From assembly GCA_016930515.1 (NCBI GenBank), contig JAFGGO010000108.1, positions 1 through 64,000 on the forward strand: 64,000 nt of DNA. Reading direction: 5' to 3'. Positions 47,996-56,870 of the stretch are shown piece by piece; position 1 is the first letter of the stretch, and every line of letters begins with the position of its first letter. Origin of the DNA: Promethearchaeota archaeon. GTDB lineage: Archaea > Asgardarchaeota > Lokiarchaeia > Sigyniarchaeales > SOKP01. The notes beneath the pieces were generated by a model. The model saw only the letters and a program-made list of their open reading frames with translations, was not told the origin of the DNA and did no database searches. The translations under genes and the position numbers were made by a program.

Positions 47996-48469
47996 ATGGA
48001 GGAGCAAAAACATGAGCGCATCTCTGAAAAAGATTATTTTATGAAAATTGCAGAGGTTGTTGCCCAAAGGTCCACCTGCATAAGAAGATCTGTAGGCGCT
48101 GTTCTCGTGAAGGATTCTCATATTATTTCGACGGGATACAACGGCGCGCCGTCAGGGTTTAAACATTGTACGGAAGAATCGTGTGTTAGGAAAAACCTCA
48201 AGAGTGGAGTGAATCACGAGCTTTGTCGGGGGGTGCATGCCGAGATCAACTGCATCATTCAAGCGGCACTTCACGGGACTTTGATCCAAGGTAATACAAC
48301 ACTCTATTGTACTACATTTCCTTGCATGAGTTGTTTGAAACTGATCATTAACGCGGGTATTAAAAACATCGTTTATAAGGAAGGATATAACATGGAAAAT
48401 CAGATCAAGCAGGATTTGATAAAAGAATCTGATTTAAACATTGAAAAATATATTCTGGAGGGGCACTAA
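47996..48469 (+). CDS. dCMP deaminase (ComEB-like)
   Basis: RSTC.RR.VGA, TGYNG, HAE.N, PCMSC. Confidence 0.92.
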   Translation: MEEQKHERISEKDYFMKIAEVVAQRSTCIRRSVGAVLVKDSHIISTGYNGAPSGFKHCTEESCVRKNLKSGVNHELCRGVHAEINCIIQAALHGTLIQGNTTLYCTTFPCMSCLKLIINAGIKNIVYKEGYNMENQIKQDLIKESDLNIEKYILEGH

Positions 48470-48557
48470 TAATTCAACTAACAGAACAGGTCCAACTTAA
48501 AAAAACGCCCGAACTATCTCATGTCTGCCATTTGGCAAAAAACCTTTATAATAGCAG

Positions 48558-48893
48558 TTATTTAATGTATTTTTTCATTATATAGATATCAGCAAGCTCT
48601 TCTTTAATAAAAGCAATATGTTCGATATCCATCATAATTTCATCAATTTTTATTGCATTTTTTAAATTTTCTATGGCCTTATCGTAATTATTTTCTGATT
48701 TAAATAGCAATCCAAGGTTAGTAAATAAAATACGATTATTAAGTTTATTTCCCATTTTATCATTGAGTTTAATTGCTTCCTCGTAAAAAGGTAACGCTTG
48801 GTCAGTACCGCCAGCTCGATGATAATTAATCGCAATATTTGATAAAATACCAGCTTTCTGTATTAAATCTCCCGTGTTTTCAGGATATTTCAA
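48558..48893 (-). pseudogene. N-terminally truncated TPR protein
   Basis: Two to three TPR motifs (LSNIA...A...YEEA; NLG....NYDKA...LKNA); starts mid-repeat. Confidence 0.55.
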
Positions 48894-48980
48894 CGCCTTA
48901 AAACACTTGTATAAATCAAATTTTCCTTTATTTAGATTGGTTTAATTTGTTGAATAAGTCTAATTTTTTTTTAAACTTCA

Positions 48981-49862
48981 CTAATTTATTTTTTCAGCGA
49001 TGATAAAAATGTGATGCTCGGGGACTAATGGTTCGTCAATGCCAACATAATCCGTTTGAATTATTTGAAATCCACACGAATTTAGAATCTTTTTCCACTC
49101 CTCTATTTTTAGAAAATTAAGAGGTACATTGATGTCTTGATGCCCTATCACTCGATTGTAAAACCAGTCAAAAAAACTATTTGTCATGTAAATTTTATCG
49201 TCGTCAATATATGCCTCTTTAATGATTAACCTATTTTTTGTAACTCTTGTTGCTTCTTCTAATAACTGCTTGGGATTATTCGAATGATGTAAAACAGTAT
49301 ATAAAATTGTAGTGTCTACTTCGTTATTTTTTAACGGTAATTCCGCTTCTGGTTTGCATAAAATAAGTGGTAAACCAGATTCGTTATAATCGACAACATC
49401 AACCAAAATTACTTCTTTTGCAAGATTTATTTTTATTTGTAAGGCTAATAATCCGTCGCCTGCTCCGAGATCAAGAATTCTTTCCCCGGTGAGATACTTT
49501 CTGATATTTTCAAAATTTAATTTAGCTCTATTGAATGCAATGTGTTTTGTGTTTATTTCTCCGTTAGCACGCTTTTTAATGAATGCACGTAAAATACATT
49601 CTATTTCAAGAAGAGATTTTCTTGCTTTTACGCCCTTGGATATAACTCGATTTACATAAAACCAAAAAATTGAGCTTTTTAAAGAGCTTATATTAGCATT
49701 TTTCATTGCTGATAATAATAAGGATCTAATTTCTTCCAAATAATGTTTGGTTTGTTTATTTTTTTTAGAAAATATGAGATTTACTAGTTGTTCTGGTTTA
49801 CTCACATCATTGTTGTCAGTAGGATTATTAAATATGATTACTTCTCCTGCCTTTTGAGTCAT
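48981..49862 (-). CDS. class I SAM-dependent methyltransferase
   Basis: ILDLGAGDG, LVDV.D, LYTVLHH...P..LL.EA.RV; ATG 49862 avoids overlap with tetR. Confidence 0.85.
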   Translation of the reverse strand: MTQKAGEVIIFNNPTDNNDVSKPEQLVNLIFSKKNKQTKHYLEEIRSLLLSAMKNANISSLKSSIFWFYVNRVISKGVKARKSLLEIECILRAFIKKRANGEINTKHIAFNRAKLNFENIRKYLTGERILDLGAGDGLLALQIKINLAKEVILVDVVDYNESGLPLILCKPEAELPLKNNEVDTTILYTVLHHSNNPKQLLEEATRVTKNRLIIKEAYIDDDKIYMTNSFFDWFYNRVIGHQDINVPLNFLKIEEWKKILNSCGFQIIQTDYVGIDEPLVPEHHIFIIAEKIN

Positions 49863-49894
49863 TTTTTTATAAAATATTATATTGATTTTAGTAA

Positions 49895-49937
49895 ATGAGT
49901 TTTTGCTCACTTATAAACTTTATGAGCAATTGCTCAT
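49895..49937. promoter_or_regulatory. two TetR-type operator candidates in the divergent promoter
   Basis: Perfect ATGAGCAATTGCTCAT (49922-49937) and imperfect ATGAGTTTTTGCTCAC (49895-49910). Confidence 0.7.
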
Positions 49938-49951
49938 TTAAAGTAATTGTC

Positions 49952-50566
49952 ATGTCAAACAAAAAATTTAGTCGAAATAAAGAGGAAAAAATAGAGCTGA
50001 TCTATGAAACTTTCTTTAATCTAGTCCTAAAAAAAGGATATCATAAAATAAGTACAAATCACATAGCTAAAACTGCAAAAATTAGCATTGGTACGATATA
50101 TAAATATTTTCCTAAAGGGAAAGAAGATATTATGAGAAAATATTTCGAAACTTCAATGGAAGAAATATTAAATATTAACGATTTAATTGTTATAAATGAT
50201 GATAATATTAGATCGTTCCTCAATCGATTTATTATGGATTTATATAAGAACCATGAAAAAAAGGTAGGATATAATTTAGCTTTAAGATCTGCTATACAAG
50301 CTGATAAGCAATTGCTTGAAGCTCATAAAAACAAGATTGAACTTACATTTAAAGAAATTGCTCAGCATTTGAGAAAGAAAAACAATAATTTTAGGCAAAT
50401 ACCCGAGGAAAAATTGATTGAAATTTTTATTTTTTTATATAATCTCATAAATGCGATTATTTACCATCACTTAGCAATAATGAAATTATTTGAAAGTAGT
50501 GATAGATTGGTTGTTTACCTTTCAAACTTAGTGGCTTTTTCCTTGGATTATTTAAGTAAATCTTAA
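49952..50566 (+). CDS. TetR/AcrR-family regulator
   Basis: GY..ISTNHIA..AKISIGTIYKYF..GKEDI; start moved to MSNKK. Confidence 0.9.
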   Translation: MSNKKFSRNKEEKIELIYETFFNLVLKKGYHKISTNHIAKTAKISIGTIYKYFPKGKEDIMRKYFETSMEEILNINDLIVINDDNIRSFLNRFIMDLYKNHEKKVGYNLALRSAIQADKQLLEAHKNKIELTFKEIAQHLRKKNNNFRQIPEEKLIEIFIFLYNLINAIIYHHLAIMKLFESSDRLVVYLSNLVAFSLDYLSKS

Positions 50567-50742
50567 TCTAGAAACTGCCTTTTTAATGTATTTTATATGA
50601 AATTTCTTAGATTCATTGCTCTTTTTCGTATGATATACTGGGAATATTAATAAATTCAAAAAAACTTCAGTATATGATATTTTGATTATATCAATCAAAA
50701 ATAACTATAATTATTGCAATTTAATATGAAATGAATTTTTAG

Positions 50743-51660
50743 ATGAATGGTAAAAAAGGATTAATTCATAAAGTAGAGAGATTTTCCCTTCACGATGGTC
50801 CAGGCATTAGGACTTTGGTCATAATGAAAGGATGCCCCTTAAAATGCTCCTGGTGTTCCTCCCCTTATACACAAAGTCCCAATCCCGAAATTCTTTATAT
50901 AAAGAGTAAATGTACGGGGTGCGGTCGGTGTATTGAAACCTGCCAACAAAGTGCAATAACATGGGATGTAAATCTCTCTCAAGTAATAACGGATAGAACA
51001 TTATGTATTGGTTGTGGTAAGTGCGTCAGTGTTTGTCTTAATGCCGCTCGTGAGTTATCAGGTAGGTCTTATACGATACAGCAATTATTCCAAGAAGTTG
51101 AAAAGGATGCGATCTTTTATCGTCGAAGTGGGGGTGGAATTACCATAGGTGGTGGGGAACCAACATTACAGGCCGAATTTGTTGGTGAATTTCTATCTAT
51201 ATGCCAATCACATTTTTTTCACACAGCCATGGAAACATGCGCCCTTACCTCTTGGGAAAAATTTGCCCCCCTCTTGGATTTGCTCGATCTTGTTTATATT
51301 GATCTCAAACACATGAATGATAGTTATCATATTGCATGGACAGGAGCTTCCAATCGTGAGATTCTAAAAAATATTAGAAAAGCCGCCCAGAAAAATCAAA
51401 TAATATTACGAATTCCCTTAATTCCTGGATTTAACGATTCTACGGAAAATATCACAGAGAGCGCAAGATTTGCGAAACAACTCGGAAAGAACATTATACG
51501 CCTGGAACTTTTACCTTATCATCAATTCGGTATTCATAAATACGAAGAATTAGAAAGAACATATACAATTGAATCCATTCAACCCCCTTCGGAGGATGAT
51601 ATGGTAAATTTACAGGATATTGTCAGATCTTTCGGTATTGAAGTAAAAATAGGCGGCTGA
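50743..51660 (+). CDS. glycyl-radical enzyme activating enzyme with a 2x[4Fe-4S] ferredoxin insert
   Basis: HDGPGIRT, GCPLKCSWC, CTGCGRC..TC, CIGCGKC...C, GGEP, LLPYH. Confidence 0.95.
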   Translation: MNGKKGLIHKVERFSLHDGPGIRTLVIMKGCPLKCSWCSSPYTQSPNPEILYIKSKCTGCGRCIETCQQSAITWDVNLSQVITDRTLCIGCGKCVSVCLNAARELSGRSYTIQQLFQEVEKDAIFYRRSGGGITIGGGEPTLQAEFVGEFLSICQSHFFHTAMETCALTSWEKFAPLLDLLDLVYIDLKHMNDSYHIAWTGASNREILKNIRKAAQKNQIILRIPLIPGFNDSTENITESARFAKQLGKNIIRLELLPYHQFGIHKYEELERTYTIESIQPPSEDDMVNLQDIVRSFGIEVKIGG

Positions 51661-51709
51661 GATGTGACATATCAGAACATCATTAACGAATAAAAAAAAA
51701 GGTATTTGT

Positions 51710-54157
51710 ATGAAATTAGGTCATAACTATCATAATCTACGGTACCCAGTACCTTCTGAACAATCAGCCGTTTTTTACCAAGAACATATTGAACGATTGA
51801 GAGAGAACCATCTGAATACTAAAAATACAGCTTCTATTGATAGGTTACGGATCGAGACACGTGTGATGAAAGATACAGAAGGTGAACCAATGGCAATCCG
51901 CAGGGCCAAGGTCTTTGCTAGGATCTGTCGGGAGATGCCAATTGAGATCTGGCCAGATGAACTAATTTTCGGTCATACGGGCGTGCGTCCTCTTTGTCGG
52001 GATGTGATTCCCGATGACTGCCCGGTCCTCCTGAAAGGACAGCGTTTAACGTCCCTCATGGTGGATACAATTGAATTTGAATTAAAAGATTTTGATCCCG
52101 CCGACCAGAAGGAATTAATCGAGGAAATCGCTCCGTATTGGAAGGGAAATGGTGATTGGGAGAGAACTCATGCAGGTAGCAATTTCCAGGCTTTACCGGA
52201 TTATTTAAAAGATCTTCTCTTCGAGGATACATGCACCTTTCCCCTGAAACAATCATTAATATACACGCCTTTTTTCATTTCGGGAGGACATTACGGGCAT
52301 AATTCAATCTCTTACCCTGAGGTTCTAAAAAAAGGACTCTTAGGTATCAAGAAAGAAGTTGAAGCGAAGTTTAAAACGACAATGGAAAGCGATAATGGTT
52401 CAAGAACTTTTTTAAAAGCGGTTATCTTAGCCTTGGAAGCGTCCATTGATGTAGGCAAGAGGTTCGCGGATAAAGCAAGGGAAATTGCCAAGAAGATAGA
52501 AGATCCCGTACGTAAATCTGAACTCGAAAAAATTGCAACGATTTGCGACACTGTTCCTGCTTATCCCGCCCGAACATTTCATGAGGCACTACAATCAATT
52601 TTTATGACCCAAGTCCTTCTCAATTGGGAATCGCCAATGATTCTTTCACAGACTACAGGGAGGATCGATCAATACCTGCTCCGATACTTTGAAGAAGATA
52701 TGCAACATGGGATTCTCACGGTTGATATTGCTCAGGAACTGTTGGACTGTTATCTAATAAAGTTAAATCATATCAACCGAGGGAACCATCTTGCAGTGGG
52801 GGGATACAAAGCTAATGGCCGTGATGGCACGAATATGCTTTCCTACATGTTGATCGAGGCCATGAAACACGTCCGTCTTGCGCATCCTTTTATAAGCGTG
52901 CTTCTCCACGCTCGAACGCCCCAAAAGTTGCTGATTAAAGCGGCGGAGTTATCTGCTCTCGGAACGGGGCATCCTGTTTTTCTCAATGCTGATACCTTAA
53001 CTACAATGATGTTGGCACGTGGGAATATAGGGGGCTTTCCTATCACCCTAGAGCTTGCTCGAACCGCCACACCTGTCGGTTGCTACGAACCAGTCATCAT
53101 GGGTCTGGATTCAGGATATATGTACGGTGGTTATTTCAATTTAGCAGCCATTTGCGAATTAGTTCTCACAAATGGATACAGCAGGCGCTATGGAAAAAAC
53201 ATAGGGCTACAAACTGGTGATCCTCGGAAATTCACCTCTTTTAAAGAATTTAAAGAAGCTTACAATGCTCAACTTTCATTCATGATAAAGAATTTTTCTT
53301 CTGCAACTGATATTTTTGAACGAGTGTTATCCAATCTCCTGCCAACACCATTCGAATCGAGTCTCATTAAAGATTGTATTTCTAAAGGGAAATCACGTGA
53401 AGACGGAGGTGCGCGGTTTAATTTCAGGACGATAATCGGGGCTGGATCGAGTGATACTGGAGATTCACTAACTGCCATATCTAAACTCATTTTTGATGAG
53501 AAGAAAATTACAATGGATGAATTATGTCGTGCATTAGAAGCCAATTTTGAAGGATATGAAAATATCCGGAATATTTTATGCGCTGTACCCAAGTTTGGAA
53601 ATGATGATGATATTGCCGATGAACAGGTTGCGTGGGTTAGTCACGTGTTCGCTAAAGAGGTATCTAAGCAAAAAAATACCCGAGGCGGTCACGCCGTTCC
53701 TATGGGTGCCCCCTTGCAGTATTACATGTTTGGAGGATGGGTTGTAGGGGCCTTACCCTCGGGAAGAAAAGCATGGGAACCATTATCGGACGCTTGGTCA
53801 CTATGTGCAGGAAGCGATGTTAATGGTCCAACGGCCGTTTTTAATAGCATGGGAAAAGTTAACAATGCAGAACTTTCAGCTGGCGTCACTCTCAATCTGC
53901 GTTTAGATCCTTCGATTTTCAGAAGCGATGATGGCATTCTAAGATTCGTTAACTTTATTAGAGCCTTTGTTGATCAAGGAATCTTCCAAGTTCAGTTCAA
54001 CATCATAGATACAAAAACGCTCCGAGAGGCGCAAAAAGAGCCGGAAAAATATAGAGATTTAATCGTAAAAGTTGCAGGGTATAGCGCTTATTTTACGCAG
54101 CTTATTAAATCATTACAGGATGGAGTCATTACTAGAACGGAACATAAACTTTTATAA
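51710..54157 (+). CDS. glycyl-radical enzyme (PFL-like family), substrate unknown
   Basis: Cys loop PVGCYEP; Gly loop LIVKVAGYSAYF; GRIDQY, PKFGND. Confidence 0.92.
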   Translation: MKLGHNYHNLRYPVPSEQSAVFYQEHIERLRENHLNTKNTASIDRLRIETRVMKDTEGEPMAIRRAKVFARICREMPIEIWPDELIFGHTGVRPLCRDVIPDDCPVLLKGQRLTSLMVDTIEFELKDFDPADQKELIEEIAPYWKGNGDWERTHAGSNFQALPDYLKDLLFEDTCTFPLKQSLIYTPFFISGGHYGHNSISYPEVLKKGLLGIKKEVEAKFKTTMESDNGSRTFLKAVILALEASIDVGKRFADKAREIAKKIEDPVRKSELEKIATICDTVPAYPARTFHEALQSIFMTQVLLNWESPMILSQTTGRIDQYLLRYFEEDMQHGILTVDIAQELLDCYLIKLNHINRGNHLAVGGYKANGRDGTNMLSYMLIEAMKHVRLAHPFISVLLHARTPQKLLIKAAELSALGTGHPVFLNADTLTTMMLARGNIGGFPITLELARTATPVGCYEPVIMGLDSGYMYGGYFNLAAICELVLTNGYSRRYGKNIGLQTGDPRKFTSFKEFKEAYNAQLSFMIKNFSSATDIFERVLSNLLPTPFESSLIKDCISKGKSREDGGARFNFRTIIGAGSSDTGDSLTAISKLIFDEKKITMDELCRALEANFEGYENIRNILCAVPKFGNDDDIADEQVAWVSHVFAKEVSKQKNTRGGHAVPMGAPLQYYMFGGWVVGALPSGRKAWEPLSDAWSLCAGSDVNGPTAVFNSMGKVNNAELSAGVTLNLRLDPSIFRSDDGILRFVNFIRAFVDQGIFQVQFNIIDTKTLREAQKEPEKYRDLIVKVAGYSAYFTQLIKSLQDGVITRTEHKLL

Positions 54158-54182
54158 TAAATCCATTAAAAAAGTAAAAAAA

Positions 54183-56693
54183 ATGATAGATTTGAACGAA
54201 AAATTTATAACAATTCAACCTACAGCACGCATGAAAAGGTTAAGAGCATTTTATATTGAAAATTCAAAACAAGATGAACCATTTTACACTATATATTTCG
54301 ATCGTGCAATCGCTAGAGTCATGAAGGAGACCGAAGGAGAACCAATGGTTTTACATAGGGCCAAGGCTTTTGCCGCAGCAGTAGAAGCTATACCGGTCGA
54401 AATATTTCCTGATGAACCTTTTGTGGGATGGATTGGAGGTAGTCCTACTGCCATTCCATTGGGCGCAGAACAACTGGGAGCTAGATTAGAAATCGAGCTG
54501 GATTTCTATAAAAACATGAATGCTGAAGATCGGAATATTGTACGAGAGGAAATTATTCCTTATTGGAAGGGTAGTGGTGATTGGAAACGCCATTGGTTCC
54601 ATCAAAATTATCAGATGCTTCCCCCTGAGACGCGTAATCTTCTCTACGGAGATCCCGATCCAGACCTTAAAAAAATAGGAATTATAACGCGATCAAGACC
54701 ACCAGCTTTACCTCGGATCGAGATGAATGAAGTTTCGGATGAGACGGATGGTTTGGGGCGGGGATTTATCAGCGATGGCATGAATCGCCACCATATAGGT
54801 CATTGTTCCTATGGATACAAAAAGGTGCTGAAAAAAGGTTTTCTTGGTATTAAAAAGGATGCAGAGGATCGACTGGCTCGAATTGATTGGACCAATACAG
54901 AAGATCAAAAAAAGGTACCTTTCCTCAAGAGCGTGATAATTGCAATGGATGCTGCTGCGAAAGTTGGGACGAAATTTGCAGTTAGCGCTCGAAAAACAGC
55001 CGAAAAAGAAACGGAACTGGGCCGTAAAGGCGAATTGGAAAAGATCGCCCGGATATGTGAGCGTGTTCCTGCTCTTCCTGCTCGTACTTTTCATGAAGCC
55101 CTCCAATCTGTCTGGTTTACTCAAATTTTAAATTGGTGTGAAGTTCCAATAATTTTTGCTGTATCTCCAGGCAAAGTTGATCAATACCTTTATCCGTTTT
55201 ACGAAAAAGATATTCGTGAAGGTAATCTAACAAAGCAGGACGCCCAGGAATTAATTGATTGCTGGCTAATGAGATTCACGCAGGGGGTGTCGCCGTTCAT
55301 TCCCCAATCCGGTGCCGCCTATCACATGGATGTCGGGGGTTTAAAAGAAGATGGGAGCGATGCTACCAACGAATTATCATACATGTTTATTGAAGCCATG
55401 ATCCACACGCGAATGGTCGAACCAAATTTCGGAGTTTTTGTCCATAGTAAAACTCCAGAGGATTTGTTGATTAAGGCCTGTCAACTCTGCGTTCTAGGAA
55501 CAGGACATCCCATGTTTCTAAATAATGATGTTTTTGTCGAAAACTTTTTAGCACGTGGGACTTTGGGCGGACCTTCCGTTCCGCTGGAGTTAGCTCGAAC
55601 TAGTGGTGCTATTGGTTGTAATGAACCTCATGTGACAAATTACGACTCTGAATTCAATGTGGGGCCATTTCTCCTCTTACCACATGTTTTAGAATTGACC
55701 CTATCGAATGGATGGAGTCGAATCCATAATAAATATATGGGTCTGCGTACCGGAGATCCAAGGGAATTCAAAACTTTTGCTGACCTACAAGACGCTTACT
55801 TAAAACAATTGGCGTATTTAACAACACAATGCGAGATCGCTAATAATAATTCTGAAATTACTCTAGCCCAGCGATATCCTACAATTTACGCATCTGCGTT
55901 AATTGAAGATTGCATCGAAAATGGGCTTACACGAGAAGAGGGTGGGGCACGGTTTAATTTTGGTCCTTGTATCGCCACAGCTGGTGCAACGGATGTTGGA
56001 GACTCCCTTGCTGTAATCAAAATGCTAGTATACGATAAGCAGGAGATAACAATGTCTGAACTTCTCGACGCCTTAAAGACTAATTTTGAAGAACACAATT
56101 CATTGCGTGAAAAACTACTTCAGGTGCCTAAGTTTGGAAACGATATAGATTATGTCGACGAGATTGTCTCTTGGGTCATGAAAACCTATTGCGATGAAAT
56201 CATCAAACACGAAAACACGCGTGGGGGACATTTAGTTCCTTATCAAAATCCTCTTGCTTGGTATGTGAGTACCGGCAGATCTGTCGGAGCTCTTCCTTCG
56301 GGAAGAAAAGCTGGAGAACCACTTTCAGACGGGATCTCCCCTACACGCGGGGTGGATGTCAGTGGACCCACGGCCGTGTTTAATTCCGTCAGTAAAATTG
56401 ATAACATCTCAATTTTTTTTGGAGAGACCCTAAACATGCGGCTCAACATGGATGTTTTCGCAAATGACGCAGGAATCCATAGGCTGGCTACAATGATTAG
56501 GACCTTTGTCGATCTTAAGATTCATCATTGCCAATTTAATCTTGTCTCTTCAGAAATTCTAAGGAAAGCACAGCAGAATCCAAGTGAATATCAAGATCTT
56601 ACAGTACGAGTGGCTGGTTATGTTGCTTACTTCACTAGGTTAAGCAAGTCAGTACAAGACAGCATAATCGCCCGTACAGAGCATGGTGGTTAA
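54183..56693 (+). CDS. glycyl-radical enzyme, paralog of the preceding gene, substrate unknown
   Basis: Cys loop AIGCNEP; Gly loop VRVAGYVAYF; ATG 54183 (MIDLNEK) avoids overlap. Confidence 0.92.
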   Translation: MIDLNEKFITIQPTARMKRLRAFYIENSKQDEPFYTIYFDRAIARVMKETEGEPMVLHRAKAFAAAVEAIPVEIFPDEPFVGWIGGSPTAIPLGAEQLGARLEIELDFYKNMNAEDRNIVREEIIPYWKGSGDWKRHWFHQNYQMLPPETRNLLYGDPDPDLKKIGIITRSRPPALPRIEMNEVSDETDGLGRGFISDGMNRHHIGHCSYGYKKVLKKGFLGIKKDAEDRLARIDWTNTEDQKKVPFLKSVIIAMDAAAKVGTKFAVSARKTAEKETELGRKGELEKIARICERVPALPARTFHEALQSVWFTQILNWCEVPIIFAVSPGKVDQYLYPFYEKDIREGNLTKQDAQELIDCWLMRFTQGVSPFIPQSGAAYHMDVGGLKEDGSDATNELSYMFIEAMIHTRMVEPNFGVFVHSKTPEDLLIKACQLCVLGTGHPMFLNNDVFVENFLARGTLGGPSVPLELARTSGAIGCNEPHVTNYDSEFNVGPFLLLPHVLELTLSNGWSRIHNKYMGLRTGDPREFKTFADLQDAYLKQLAYLTTQCEIANNNSEITLAQRYPTIYASALIEDCIENGLTREEGGARFNFGPCIATAGATDVGDSLAVIKMLVYDKQEITMSELLDALKTNFEEHNSLREKLLQVPKFGNDIDYVDEIVSWVMKTYCDEIIKHENTRGGHLVPYQNPLAWYVSTGRSVGALPSGRKAGEPLSDGISPTRGVDVSGPTAVFNSVSKIDNISIFFGETLNMRLNMDVFANDAGIHRLATMIRTFVDLKIHHCQFNLVSSEILRKAQQNPSEYQDLTVRVAGYVAYFTRLSKSVQDSIIARTEHGG

Positions 56694-56870
56694 ATTAGTA
56701 TTTAAAACATTCATTCATTCTTTTTATTAATTATTTTTCTAAGAATCTTTAGCTATTTCTAAATGAAATATGAAATCTAAAGTTCATTTATTAGAATATA
56801 AAAAAACCAGACTACATAACGAAATATTCGATCTTTATATTAAATAATTAAAAAAAAAGGTAATTATTGT

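Noticed and set aside
49863-49951. Overlapping N-termini of the methyltransferase and TetR in the track
   Set aside because: Internal ATGs give a normal divergent promoter containing operators.
54072-54182. N-terminal extension of GRE2 overlapping GRE1 (possible frameshift fusion)
   Set aside because: GRE1 ends normally after its Gly loop; ATG 54183 gives a typical GRE length; no slippery signal needed.
50743-56693. Higher GC of the GRE block as evidence of horizontal transfer
   Set aside because: Native-looking genes such as thiolase and psmB look similarly GC-richer; no integrase, tRNA or flanking repeats seen; needs phylogeny.
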